The position numbers and the translations under genes were made by a program. Of a DNA stretch of 64,000 nucleotides, positions 25,701-38,455 are shown in pieces; within the stretch, counting starts at the first letter, position 1, and each line of letters begins with the position of its first letter. Below the pieces are notes generated by a model that saw only the letters and a program-made list of their open reading frames with translations, made no database searches and was not told the DNA's origin. Location of the stretch: the NCBI GenBank assembly GCA_030141605.1, contig JAQGDQ010000329.1, positions 124,001 through 188,000 of the forward strand, written 5' to 3'. The DNA comes from Tubiluchus corallicola (Eukaryota; Animalia; Priapulida).

Positions 25701-28700
25701 TATAAACATGTAGCTAGAGCTACACAATATAAAATACAAACCCTGTAGGTAAATAGAAACAATCACCAGGTTCGAGAGATATCCAGTAATATGGCACATC
25801 ACGAAGGCCAGGATATTTGAACATGTCAACTTTATCCACATCCACTGTACTATAGCCACTTTCCGATCTGTCAAAAACTATGTACTTGTCAGCAATCCTC
25901 TGCAACACGTACGTTATAGTAAAAGTTAAAACATCTGAAAGTATTAGCAGTTATAATGCTTTTTCCATTTGAAAAATAGATACATTGCAAAATTATAGTT
26001 CAGCAAGAAAACTTTAATAAAATACAACTCTTTTAATATTAAATAACAAGCACCTATTACCCAATTACAAAGAGGTGTAAATTGTGTGTGCACTACACAG
26101 AACAAAGTTAGTATGATTTTTGATGTAATTATTAATCCATTGTTAATTTGTAAAATTCTGATGAGGAGTGGCCACTAAGCTAGTAAGTTAATGTACAAAC
26201 AAACACCACACCAGCAGACTGCAAGATGAAATCCATTCTTGGCTCTTGAGTTCCAGATCAGATTGTACATAACTAGATTGCATATACTTAGCTCAGTTTA
26301 GTAAACTAACAAGCAAGCTTTATTTCAAGGTGGTTTTAAAAAGTCCAAGTTTCGTTAACTTTGTCACAAACAAGTAAATAATTTTCAAACATGCCGTTTC
26401 TTCAAACTAACAGGTACAATTTTAACTATACTGTACTTTAAATTATATATTTATTAAAATTTTAGTCTGTTTTATCATAAACTAACCTTATCAACAAGAA
26501 AAATTTCCTTTTGACCATCTACAACACAGTTGATATTGTCCACGTTGTCATAGTGAAGCACAGATGTTGTTGCTCCACTGCTGAACCAAAGTACAGCATC
26601 CTGTATCAACTTTGTAAAGCCACCACACAAAAGACACCTCAGTATTCCTACATCACCTAGAAAAAAAATGTGATGTCTTCCATAAACTGTTGAAGCTTTA
26701 GTTAAATGCCACCAAATATATTACACAATAAGCAAGCAAATTTAAATACTAGATAAAATTGGGTATATTGAGTCTTATTAGACAAGGAACCGCCCTATAA
26801 AAGTTAAACAAATAACAAATAAACAAATAAAGCATGAAGCAGACTCGCAATCATGAAAGCATTTAGACTAACAAGCTAACAATCGATACTGAAACGAGTA
26901 CGCTTGCAGCAAGAAACATCAAAACCACAAAAACTCGTTAACATAAAGTGATACCCACGGGCATCTGAAATAACTGTGCACTGTGTCATTGACTAAGTAA
27001 GCTAATCATACATGAGATCATACACAAATAAAATGGAAACTGAGCTAATTTCAACATCTGAAGCAAGCTATTCTGCACAAAAAACAAGAATGGTCACTGA
27101 CTGACTGACTTACATAGCCCCTCCTTGACACTAATGAGAAGATAGTGTCCAGCAAGTGTCAAAAATATGACCAGCAAAACGGAGTTATATAACTAACCTA
27201 GACGATCAACTGATGTTGTGATTGCATAATTTCTACCATAATGGAAATATTTTGTTAAGCAGCTTAATCTCATAGTGCAATATCATGTCATAAACCTATA
27301 ACATAACACAGTACAACAATGAAAAGTTTTCAGTAAAAAAATTATTATGGCAAGGTGAAGCCTTAAATTAATATAATATAACAGTTTTTTCTCATTGCAG
27401 ATTTATGACTGTCATCAGACTTCATAATGTTTCAGTTCATCTGTTTCAATACATTTGCATAAAAATAGCAAAATAGTAGAGTTAAAAAGACAAATGAAAC
27501 TCACAAAAGTGAATTTATTCAACTTTTTCCTCTGTGCCTGATTCTTATTTTTTGCAAACAGAAGATGATTTCTACTTCTTCTAATACAAGTCTTTTACTC
27601 TCCATTACCGACAGATCTCTGCAACTACTATACTAAAACTGCTAGACCTGCCAAATAACACACACACGAGCCATTTGCACAAAGTGCCCTGCAAAACCTC
27701 AGGCAAATCCTGCTTTTAAGAAGACTAATGGTTTAGATATCAAGAGATATCAAATCAGTTAAGAACAACAAAATATGAGACAATGTAAGATGAGCAAGAG
27801 AATGACAGATAATGCATTAGCAGTAGCCACAGTAGGTTGTATAAAGACGTTTGCTTTTTGCTACTCTGCAGCAGATTCACAGATATAGTGCCAGTGAATT
27901 TACGGTGCATTAACAAAATTATTTAGGTGAACAAAGTTATGTGCATTAACAACATATATAGGTGATTAAACAGTGACCGGTAATAAAGTCACATGAAAAA
28001 AGCCACAATTTTCGCTGGAAAAGAAAGTCAGGTAATCAAACAAAAATACTCAAGTCAGTCACAAATTATGTAAGTACCATAAACAATTCAACTAATAAAA
28101 CAGAAAATATTTTAAATCAGTTATTAGCTGGCAATACATGATTTGTACATACTTGACAACACTATTCACACCTGATGGCATTATACATATGGGAAAAAAA
28201 TCACGTTTTTTCAATATCTTAGGATCAGTGTTAGTGTTAGGGATAATTCTTTTTTTCACGTAGCATTATTACCTGGATTCAATTAAACTTACTGTGTATT
28301 AGTAAAGTACTTTTCATTTATTGCAGTGAATGCAATTACACTACTTCAGTTGCTGGTGTAATTTTAGCAGTTCACTTACAAATTTCATATTTATGTGAAC
28401 TTCTGTGCCACTAAGGCAACCTTTAACAATTGATCATTGGCCCAATATGAAAAGCAAACATAAAGCAAATATAGCTTTAATTAACATAATGAGCACTAAC
28501 ATGGGAATTTTCTCGTGAAATTCAGCGTCATAACAAATGTTACATAGTATTGTGACCTTCAGTACCTTAACCTACATTAGGGGGCGCAAAAGTGACCAGG
28601 CCCGATTTCATTGAGTCTATTAATGTCAAGCACAACAGTGCCTTATGTACACTGTTAATTATTTTGAAGAACATCTCTTATATGTTAACATGAAACAACA

Positions 28701-31700
28701 GCTGCCACTTAAAAGCATTTCTTGCCACAGAAGTGGAATCTTATCACAGATTCTGACACGGTCAAAATGTCCACTAGTTCTGAGTGTTATTAAGCTGTTC
28801 TGCAAAACTCTGCATAAACCTACAAAGTGCACTATCATAAAAGTAACGATGTTCATTATATTATGTTACAGAATATACTATAAAGATGAACTGCTCTGAA
28901 CTTGAGATTGCATACTGCAATGATACAAACACATCTTTTTCATATCCTTGGAATATGAGGAGGATTGCACTAAGATGCCTTCTCTCTGGAATGGTGATAC
29001 TCCTCAACAGTTTAGTTCTTACAGTATTCCTTACTGGCAGACACAGCAGTTTCAAGGATGTCAAATACTTCTTCTTGTCACTACTGGCAGCATCAGATCT
29101 CATCACTTCACTGCTGTATATAATATTCACGTTCACGAAGTACTCGAACCTGAGTATTAACACTAGCAAAAACTTTTGCCTCTGGACAACATCAGTTATG
29201 CCATTTTCTGCTGTCATATCAGCATTTTCTTTACTGGCAGTAGCGGTAGATCAGTATATAGCTATAGTTCATCCATTTCACTATCAATACGTTTCTAAAA
29301 GAAAGGCTCTGGTAACAATGGGAGTAATAGTCATATATGCTACTGTTTTCACCCTAATGCCACTCATAAGCATAGGAGTTACAGATGAGGAAGTTACCAC
29401 ATGTTTGACTCACAAAATGTACACTTTCGGATACACTGTTATGCTGGTAACAACAATGTTTTTCCTTCCTCTCTTTATTATAATGTGTCTGTACTTAAGA
29501 ATATTTATTGTAGCACGCCATCAAATTCAGGCAATTGCTGCTCAAGCAAATCAGGCACTAACCACTCCCTATGTTTCTTTCAAGAATGAAATGAAGGTGG
29601 CAAGAACAATATCACTTCTGATTATATCATTAATTATATTCTGGCTACCAGTCAGTCTTGCACTACCAATCAATGCATACTGTGGCTGTGAGAAGTGGCC
29701 ATTAAGGCGAGTGGGACCATTAATGATAGCCAACTCGCTGATTAACCCTCTTATTTACACTGTTCGATACAGAGAGTTTAGATCAGCTTGTAAACGCATA
29801 CTGTACTGCCACTCGGGGTGGCATGAGAATGAAATAGGTATGAATATCATAAATGGTCCTACTGTAAGCACCATTTAAAAACTTCTCCCTGCTGGCTATA
29901 TAGTTAAGTCCTCACTTAATAGCAGTAATGCATTTCAGCAAATGCAATGTCAAGTCCTTCCTTCCATAAAATACTGTAAGTGGATGGAGATCTGTTCAGT
30001 TGTATTTCTTGGCAAAAATCAATAATGCCTCCTGTTGCTTTCAAAATAAATATTTGTAATTTGTAATTAGTAGCTCAAAAACGAAGTGTACTAAACAAAA
30101 TGAAAGTAAGAAGTAACTGTTTATAGCTATGTTATAGCAGTAACAACATAATTTGCATAAAGTTATATGCAAAGTAATTTCATGCCTAGCTACACACATA
30201 TTAACAAAATTGAAATGCTTAAACGCTGCTCTTATGGGTTGTACAACTAGTAAAGTAAGGTTATGGCTTCCTTGCTACAATTTTGTGAATTATCTTTACA
30301 GTTAGCAGATTTAGTGTGTGCCAGAACCTGACAGCCAGTTATGAATCACTAATACAAATATAGAAACTTTCGTTTCAGTTAGTAGCATAAATTGCCAAGA
30401 ATCAAACTAATCTTTGTTTAAACAAAGGTCAAAATTCTGTGTTAAGCAAAAAAATCGGCAAAAATTTGTCATCATTGAAACAAATCATTGCTAAGTGTGG
30501 AATCATTAAGCGATGACTTACTGTAATTGCAATAAGCTAAACTATGTACAGTATTTTACACATTGTTAGATTTTATATAACTTATTCATATGAATTACAT
30601 TATTCTATTGAGAATTGGCACACATTAGCATGTTGATTATCTGACAGTGCTGTTAAATTTTGAAAATCTATGTACCATAGCTTTATAGAATTAGTAAATT
30701 AGAAATGTGCATTCGAAATAAACTTTCTAGATAGAAAAGCTTGAACAGTTAACACAGTGAAAAGCAGCAGCTTCAAATACTAAAAATTTCTCTGTTGTTT
30801 TGATGGATGTTATTGGCAAACACTTCTAAATGTTTAAAACTGCTTTGTTGAAAGGACTAACTGCCAATCAGCAGCATTGTGACAGTTCTGGTCTGGTGTG
30901 TATTTGAAACAATTAGTGAAGCAACACAGTCGTGATGCTTATTAAAATTTTCAGCTTAAATGTCATGAAGTAAACATCTAATACATGGACTGGTTAAATG
31001 TTATTCTCATTTCAGCTAATGTGATGTACAAAAATCACTCATGTATTTAGTAGCATACTAGGCATAGTAAATGTACCTATTAAATATCGTTGTTATGGTA
31101 AACAGTTTTAACGAGAATGGGATAAGTGGATAAAGTATTTAATAAATATGCCATAGGATAATGCAAATTGCAAAATTGTTTATGAAAGCACAACCTGTTG
31201 CATATAGTTAGAATATCAAATTGTTGCTATCATTATGATAAAAATGACTTGAATTTATTTCTTTGAAAATTTTGTAAAAAGTTTCTTATAACTGCAAAAT
31301 ATACTAGCAAAAAAGAGTAAAACTACCACATACTGTAGTTTACAAAAATAGCAAATAGTCAGACTGATCACTTGTTACTCAATGTCACTAAGACTACAAG
31401 TGTACATTCAACAATAACAATAAAAGAGTTTTGTGTTAAAAAGTTGTCAAGTCGCTGGTGTTTTGTTTTTTGCACTAAACCCTTCATCATTGCACCAAAA
31501 ACTAAATAATCTTCAGTAACTTCGTACAAAGCCTAAAAGCAGACTAAATAACAAAGAAAAGAGAATATAAATTGCCAAATATGATCACATTGTTATCTTA
31601 TCTAACACTTAACAACAGTATGCAAAGCAAGCATTATCACCAAAAATATCAAATGAGACAGTAGTCAAGCAGACAATATTGTGATGACCACAACATAGCC

Positions 31701-34700
31701 AGAAAATTGTAATGCAGCAATACTTAGTAATGTAATACAGCAATATGCAGCTCATAATTAGAGGCATATACATTTTTGATTTATTGTTTATACCAGAATA
31801 CATAATGGACGATAATTGCTATAACTAGAGGCTGAAGCTGAATCAGTCAATTGTCACTACATCAGCTGACTCACACAGTAAAACGGCTAGCTCGGCTGAA
31901 GTTGACCGACTTTTCAGCTGAGTTGGCTTAAAGAAAAAAATCGGCTAAGTTGGTTAAAGCTGCGAATTTTTGTTAACTCAATAAATGATAAATTGTTAGT
32001 TAACTGTTAAATTATGGAGAAATTTTTTTTAATAATTCGTGTTGCTTAGACGCAGAAAAAAGTTGATGTACAAACTCAAATAATGTATTAGACATCAATC
32101 TTTTTTTATTATAAAAAAGCTACGGATTTATTGCAAATAAATTTAAATCCAACGCTTGGTGAAGCTTATCATGATTACCGACGAATCAATACTAAAACAC
32201 CAAAATAATCCGATATGTGTGACTAATGTTGCTGCCTATTTGTGCATTTAATTTTGAATTAACTGCTTTCTCGTTCAAAAATTTCTAAAGTTTAGTATCT
32301 CTGCCGGCTGAATCTGACAGACTGAATCTAACACACAATCTGACCACGAATCTGCAATGTGTTTGCCATATTTTAATCAGTAATTTCATCACCATCATCA
32401 TAAGCCCATTACTTCAATTGTAGACATTGGCCCAGCAGAATTCTAAAATAAAAGAAATCTGCCCTCAAGACAGGTAAACACAGCAGTAATCCAGCAAAAA
32501 ACTAGACACTGCTATGCCAGTGGCTTGTTCATGAGCGCGAAAATCTTCGCAGCCAGCAAAAATTTCGGCTAGCTTGACTGACATCACTGAGTGGCTAGCA
32601 AGACTAAAGTTGGGTTTCTTATCAGCTAGGTCAACTGTAGACATAAACTGGTTGGAACTCAGCTGAAATGGCTCAGCTCTGACCTTTAGCTATAATTAAT
32701 TAATGATTAAGACAAAATCTGCACAAAGAAAAGTGTCGGGAGGCGTAGGAGAAAGGGTAGCAAAGGACCAATTGGTCAACAAGTCAGCTACTCTTCTCAG
32801 ATTAGTAGAAATTGTTAGAAAAGTTTGCAGCTCTGCTGTATAAGAGTAGTAGTAATTCAACTGTTACTGAAAAATCTATCAGGGGAACATGAAAGCGACA
32901 ATGAAACAATATTGTAAAATGAAAAATATGGAATGATTCGCAACCAAATATGTAACTAAGAACTAACTGATTAAACTATAAAACAAGGGAACAAATCAAA
33001 ACAAACCAAAAGAGAAGGTAAAATATAACTGAAGAATCAATCAAGGAAACAAAATATGCATGATAAAAAAACGAAAAATATATCAATATAACAAAACAAA
33101 AATGTGCAATGACATTCCATATATCCATGATAACCAAATATGTCAAGTATAATAGTGAATAAACTATAGCACAAGAGAGCAATTATAAACAGAAATGGAG
33201 CAAACAGAATATGCAATGAAAATTTAATAACTAAGTAAAAATTAAGATAATGCTTAACCAATTCACACATGTCCAAATTAAGAACAGCTACAGTTACGAA
33301 TCAAATTATTATCATTTCTATCAAAAGTAAAAAAGAAAACCTTCAGATACGGGCTTCAACTTACTAAATTAGTATAATTGGTAAGACCACTAGTGTTAAT
33401 AAAATTGTTAAGAAGATTGGCGCCCATTGCTTTCATTTATCTTAGCCTAAGCCATAAATAGAGACGAGTGTTTCTTAAAAGAATACCTTTCATCGATGAT
33501 TTGACACTTTCGACAAGATATAAATTTTCTGACTCGTAGACGTCAACAAATTTGTCCAGTTTCATAGTAAACAGCCCACTAGATCTATTTTCCTTTTTTC
33601 CAATTTCCACTTCTACTTCCATCTCCCCATATTTATACCTAAAATAGTATGTACACAGGTTAAAATTAACATAATTTGGAAGTTAATAAAAATAATTTTA
33701 TTTAATCTCATTTTGTAATATGTCATTTTGTCAAATTGAGGGGTAACCCGAACTAAAGCTTCTGTGCAGTTACACTTGTCATACTGCTTCCAGCTATTTC
33801 TTTTAGTAAAAATGTACGCACCTCCCAAAGTGGCTAAAACAGTAACACCTACATCAGTTCAGTGTCACCACTTACCTTGATTCTTGTCCGGCCATAACCA
33901 ATCGATGTCAGATCATTCAACATGACGCTTACCTGTTCGAAAGACTTAACAACAAAAGAAATTTCACAATTTAAATGTTCGCACCACCTGGTAAAATGTC
34001 ACTGTGTCACCATCCCAATGTGCACCACTGATTCGCCAAAAAACACATTATTGCTCTTATTAATAGTATAACTTAATTTAAACTTTTGTTTAGTTAGCGA
34101 AGAGTTTGCTACGAATGCTCTGATTATTTTTTTCAAACTTTACAAAGTGGTGTCTAAACTTCTTCAAATGACTTACCATTAGAATAGTTGTGCCTAACAG
34201 TCATCACGGGAGCTTGAATTTACAAGTTTTATATATACATGTACAGCAATACTGCTAGTGCAAGCCCTGTATGCAATAAGACAGCATGTAAGCAATGTAA
34301 AACTTCAAGATGAATTTTTCAAGCATAATTTATGAAGGTGCTTTCTTGTGGTGTAAGCTCCAATTTACAGAGTTATCACGATCATGTATGAGATATACCA
34401 CATAAACATGAATGTAGCAAAGTTTTTAAGAATAGCATAAATGATGGCATATACCTGGTAATAAGAAAACAGCAACCACTGCCACAAAACAGCAAAATAA
34501 TGATTTAACTTCACGCATAACGCACAATATGATTTATATAACATGTAACTGTTAAAACCTGTAATGTGAAAAAACAACATGTAACTCTGACTAGCTCAGA
34601 TTCCAAAAACCTATCTAGATTGAACATGTACAACATTTACATTTACCAGTGGCTCTGGTTCACGCTAATGTAGTATTTAATTTAATAAGTGACAGGCTCA

Positions 34701-34987
34701 TACCTTAACTGATCATCTGACCACGAAGTAAAAGCAGGTAAATCTCTACCAGCTCCTCTGAAAATTACTGGATTGTTCCATTTCACATAGTTATCAAAGA
34801 AATATTGTGGGTGGGGGACCTGATTTAATTCATCTACATCACCTACAGGTGATCCATGAGAACCGAGAGGTTGCAAGTGTCCACTGGGCTCCTCTTTATC
34901 CTCATTGCCAAGTTCACATGACACACTTCGTTTTAGAAGCGAAATAATTAATAAACATTCAATGATGCAAAACAACGACACAGGCAT
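20971..34987 (-). CDS. Secretory-pathway JmjC/Cupin_8 2-oxoglutarate-Fe(II) oxygenase with EF-hand and HDEL; 393 aa, 7 exons (JMJD7/TYW5/FIH-like small-JmjC fold)
   Basis: join(34704-34987, 33487-33638, 26487-26656, 25742-25899, 23257-23418, 21743-21845, 20971-21123) = 1182 nt. All introns are GT-AG with consistent phases (2,1,0,2,2,0). Motifs: PVIFRGA, WFSSGATTSVLHYD, DGQKEIFL, LEPGDCFYLPTGWPHYVR, AVNIWF, DSNEDGSISWQE, C-terminal HDEL. Confidence 0.9.
21587..21732. repeat. Perfect 146-bp palindrome (unit B copy)
   Basis: Identical to 4017-4162. Confidence 0.95.
21743..21845 (-). CDS. JmjC gene exon 6
   Basis: ttttcag|...ADLLLKAENYTQISETDFWNIYSSFLGSRKQLRK|gttcgt. It bridges phase 2 to phase 0 as required. 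Confidence 0.8.
22753..22781. repeat. (TA)n microsatellite, expanded relative to unit A (~5336-5342)
   Basis: Direct observation of the run and comparison with unit A. Confidence 0.85.
23257..23418 (-). CDS. JmjC gene exon 5 (distal Fe-binding His)
   Basis: aatag|WPHYVRTPPGRSVAVNIWFARLIWF...SSNEPL|gtaaga. Confidence 0.9.
25742..25899 (-). CDS. JmjC gene exon 4
   Basis: tgcag|RIADKYIVFDRSESGYSTVDVDKVDMFKYPGLRDVPYYWISLEPGDCFYLPT|gtttgt. Confidence 0.9.
26487..26656 (-). CDS. JmjC gene exon 3 (HxD motif)
   Basis: ttctag|DVGILRCLLCGGFTKLIQDAVLWFSSGATTSVLHYDNVDNINCVVDGQKEIFLVDK|gttagt. Confidence 0.9.
28886..29878 (+). CDS. Intronless rhodopsin-like (class A) GPCR, 330 aa, orphan; nested in host intron 2 (copy B)
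   Basis: Same motifs as copy A (DQY, FWLP, NPLIY), with 11 amino-acid differences from copy A. Confidence 0.93.
   Translation: MNCSELEIAYCNDTNTSFSYPWNMRRIALRCLLSGMVILLNSLVLTVFLTGRHSSFKDVKYFFLSLLAASDLITSLLYIIFTFTKYSNLSINTSKNFCLWTTSVMPFSAVISAFSLLAVAVDQYIAIVHPFHYQYVSKRKALVTMGVIVIYATVFTLMPLISIGVTDEEVTTCLTHKMYTFGYTVMLVTTMFFLPLFIIMCLYLRIFIVARHQIQAIAAQANQALTTPYVSFKNEMKVARTISLLIISLIIFWLPVSLALPINAYCGCEKWPLRRVGPLMIANSLINPLIYTVRYREFRSACKRILYCHSGWHENEIGMNIINGPTVSTI
33487..33638 (-). CDS. JmjC gene exon 2
   Basis: ttttag|YKYGEMEVEVEIGKKENRSSGLFTMKLDKFVDVYESENLYLVESVKSSMK|gtattc. Confidence 0.9.
34704..34987 (-). CDS. JmjC gene exon 1 (signal peptide)
   Basis: MPVSLFCIIECLLIISLLKRSVSC (hydrophobic leader)...PSGHLQPLGSH...PVIFRGAGRDLPAFTSWSDDQL|gtatga. 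Confidence 0.88.
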
Positions 34988-35509
34988 CTTTTAAACTGTT
35001 ACCAGTAGTCCATTAACTCTGTTTCAACATCAGGCTGAGCAAAATGCCTAAGCAGCAATAAGAAATAGTATTAAATAATGACAAAATAATGTAAAAATAA
35101 CATGGTAATCTCGATTAACTTAATCCATAACAGTATGAACTGAAGAAAAACTAATGGTATGTACATATACATGTATATGGTGATGATTAAAAAAACAAAT
35201 GACAGATGTGGTAGCAGGTTTAGCATCTAATAAATAACTAAACATAAGCGTTAAACATAAACCCAAATATAAAAACACCTCGATAACTAGGCGCACCACC
35301 ATGTGCAAGCGCTAACGATAATAATGTTGCTGGCAGGCTTTTTACATCACTGTCAAAGTGTGCTGATGAGACCACTCGTCTGACATGAAACCTAGAAATC
35401 TCCACAAAAGCCTAACAGCAAACATAATACTTGGCATGATAAAAAGGACATTCATTAATAAAAATGCAAACATTGTGTACACTACATAAATGTAAAGTCC
35501 CTACAGTAG

Positions 35510-35977
35510 TGGAATATGGTTTACATCCATTTCCTAGAAAAAGTGTTGCCCAGAAAATTTTTCAAAGAAAAGCCATTTCTCAGAAATTTTTTTTTAACTT
35601 TTCTCAGTTTTTTTAACAGAAAAAATTACGGTTGCATTTTTAATTGCTAAATAGGCGATTTTAGTAGCAGAAAACTTCTATTTCTCTCTTTCCATTTGCT
35701 TCTCTTTCTTTATACTTCCTTCCCTTATTAGCCCCTCTCACCTACCCCTCTCGCCCTTCCCATTTGTCTCTCCTGCCTTTCTCTCTCCTTCTCACTCTCC
35801 CTCTCTATCCTGCTTTTTTTCCACTATCTCACACCTTATCTCTATCCTTTCTTTTCTTTACCTATCCCGTTCTTCACTCCCTCTATCTCACCCATGTTGT
35901 TCTCTCTCTCTTCTTCTCATTCTCTCTCCTTCTTCCTCTAGCAGTTCCTTCTCCCCCTTTTCATTCTCTCTTTCACG

Positions 35978-36061
<84 letters not shown>

Positions 36062-36826
36062 CTGCTTTTTAATTATCTACAACACTTTGGCTAACGACTA
36101 TCAGAAATCAGAATTGTTTTTTCATAGGATTTGAAACGAGGTTTAATAAATAATTTAGAAAATGAAAACACCAAGGCTTTACAAACAATACAGGTTTCTG
36201 AATAGGGTCTGAATTTGCCAAAGTCCTTTGCCAATTATGAATTATAGTCCTTTGCAAAATTTTTCACAAGTTGTTTTATGATATGACCGGTTCCTAGGTC
36301 ATTAGAAATTCAAAATCTCAGTAAAAGAAACTGCATAGGAGTGAAATTCGTAAGTGCTCACCTAACAAATCAGGTCTGGCACTGCCAAACCCCAGTAGGC
36401 AAACACACATCGTGATCACACATTATTGGGCCTATGCAAAGATCAACTCGATTTTATATCTAGTCATTCTGACATTATAAATATAATTTTTTGCCTTAAC
36501 GAGTTGACCAAATTTTTTGATCAATATGATCCCTATTAATCAATACATGTAATTAAAATAAACTACTTTTTATTGAGTAACATTTAACTGTGCTTTAAAA
36601 ATGATTTACTGCATTTTTCTGTGAATTTTATTTTCTATCACATGACAGTTTTTGGAAGATATTCTGGGAAATAGCAATTACGGAAAAAATGTCTTCTGGG
36701 AAGATTTTTTCTGCAAAATCATTTTTTAGCAAAAGAATTTTCTATGAAATTTTCCAGTTTTCTAGTAAAAAGTTCTTCTGCGAAACAAGTCTTTCCTGTC
36801 AAATATACTAGTATTATCTGGAATCC
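35510..36826. mobile_element. Possible old foldback-like element with a CT-rich interior; only its left arm is present at ~17330-17641
   Basis: The left end carries repeated ttcc(c/t)agaaa-type motifs. The right end (36650-36826) carries the complementary ttctggga/ttctg motifs. Confidence 0.35.
35981..36058. repeat. (CT)n microsatellite within a pyrimidine-rich tract (~35680-36060)
   Basis: Direct observation. Confidence 0.95.
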
Positions 36827-37240
36827 ATACTTTGCTAAAGACTTATGCTTGATCAACGGCATCAAAAAAACGGCTCAAAGAAAGACTACAAAAATGGTTA
36901 ATGGTTCAAAGAACTTAAGCGTCTAAGTTTACAAAATATGCTATTAACAAGAAAGATGATTTAAGACTTGTTCGTAAGCTTTTAATATCATCAAGGGTAT
37001 TGGAGAGGTGGATGTGGGAAACTTCTTTACATTTAAGATTCATGGGAAGACGATATGTGAACATCAGTTGCAAATGTACAAGAAAAGAGCAAAATTGGAT
37101 TTAAGGCAATATTTCTTTAGCCATAGGATAATTAATCTGTGGTGTGGATTGCCTCAAAAGGCTATAGAAGCATTTACAGTTAATCAGTTTAAAGGGGCCA
37201 TCCAAACGAATGTTAATGATATTGAAGAATGGAAGTTAGA
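36800..37240 (+). mobile_element. CR1-like LINE ORF2 C-terminal fragment (decayed)
   Basis: WNPYFAKDL...AQRKTTKMV and LDLRQYFFSHRIINLWCGLPQKAIEAFTVNQFK match the typical CR1-clade C-terminal pattern (WSPY..KDI..LE.VQRRATK; R..FFS.RV...WN.LP...V.A.S...FK). Confidence 0.8.
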
Positions 37241-37469
37241 TTGGACTCACAAAAAACAAGTTTGCAAACGAGTTTTCTCTACAGCATTATGTTCAAACCT
37301 CACTATAACATACATTATACCACCAAACTCGTTCACCACCTGCAAAATTGAACAAAACGGCTGTATTCAACTGTATATAAAAATAACCTGTTTTACTGCC
37401 ACCTGTTACTCGCCATCTGCTGGGTAAATTAATGTATAGGTTCAGTGGGGAAATACTGCCCCATTGGCA

Positions 37470-37632
37470 GGTAATAATCGATAATTATACGATAATTTAG
37501 CAATACGAAACTAGATCTATGGTAATATTATAATAATCAATAATTATATGATAATTTAGTAAAGTGAAACTAGATCTATTACTGGTAATCTATGGTAATA
37601 ATCGATAATTATATGATAATTTAGTAACTCGA
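37470..37632. repeat. Degenerate minisatellite, about 3 units of ~55-70 bp
   Basis: Repeated taataatcgataattatatgataatttag...gaaactagatctat. Confidence 0.75.
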
Positions 37633-37859
37633 AGTTAAAAAACAAAGCATGGAAAAAAGTGCATTAAAAAATTTAAAACATTACTACTAACCAGTGTGAA
37701 ATAAACGAACTGATTTCAAATATTCCACGAATCAGCTTTAAACAGTCACGAAGCTTTAAAAAAAATTTAAAAAATCTCCTCCCTCCCTTATTGACATCTT
37801 TTGAGCTCAAGGGGTAAGACAGAAACAATTTTTCGTGGCCGGCCTCATGTCGAGTAACG

Positions 37860-38030
37860 CGAGAGTGCTTTTGATATGTGATCTCTTTTTTCTGCTAATA
37901 TTTTTGCTGACATTACTAGTTCAGTAGTGCTTCTGCTCTTCCTATATGCAGCTTGACTTGGTGGAATCTTGCCATTTAATCTGTCATGTATGCATCTGAT
38001 CATGCATATAGCCAAAACTTGCCATAACAA
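37860..38030 (-). mobile_element. Non-LTR reverse transcriptase fragment
   Basis: RLNGKIPPSQAAYRKSRSTTELV matches the Q.(G/A)(F/Y)R..RST motif of LINE RTs. Confidence 0.7.
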
Positions 38031-38455
38031 ACTCGAATTCTAATCCAAAAATATCGCAAAACTAAATAAAGCACAAGCAGTACTCTTTACAAAAGCGTCA
38101 AAACATTCTGCCATAGTTTGGTTAGACCATAGAGCTATAGGTATACTGCGGATACATGTATTATGTTACCGTAGATCGACAGGGCGAAGCCTATTTATTT
38201 TTTAGTCTTTTTGCCCATAATTGTCTGTCTTAATAAACCTTTGTTAATTGTTTTATCACAAGTTTTTTCTCTTACGTTTTATAATATTAATATTAAGTAG
38301 CACACAACTTTTATAAGGTACAATGAAAGTTAAACTTTAAAATACATCAATACTAAGTGAGCACATCCCAATGAGTACAGAGCGTAGTGGATAATTTCTA
38401 TTACATTCTCTGGTGTGTACTACTGATTGTGTCCTCAATCTGGTCTAATGCACAC

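Larger units (their letters stand above)
17642..35830. repeat. Tandem segmental duplication unit B (~18.2 kb), terminal copy
   Basis: Homologous to 81-17641. Homology with the unit end stops at 35830 ('ccactatctc|acacc'), after which unique CT-rich sequence continues. Confidence 0.95.

Noticed and set aside
28645-28899. 84-aa ORF overlapping the GPCR start and ending ...KDELL
   Set aside because: Disrupted in unit A by indels, no signal peptide, and KDEL is not terminal; probably chance, at most a uORF.
35764-36072. 102-aa Leu/Ser-rich ORF
   Set aside because: Translation of the CT-rich tract and microsatellite.
37470-37632. CRISPR-like repeat-spacer array
   Set aside because: Eukaryotic context, degenerate AT-rich tandem units without unique spacers, and no cas genes.
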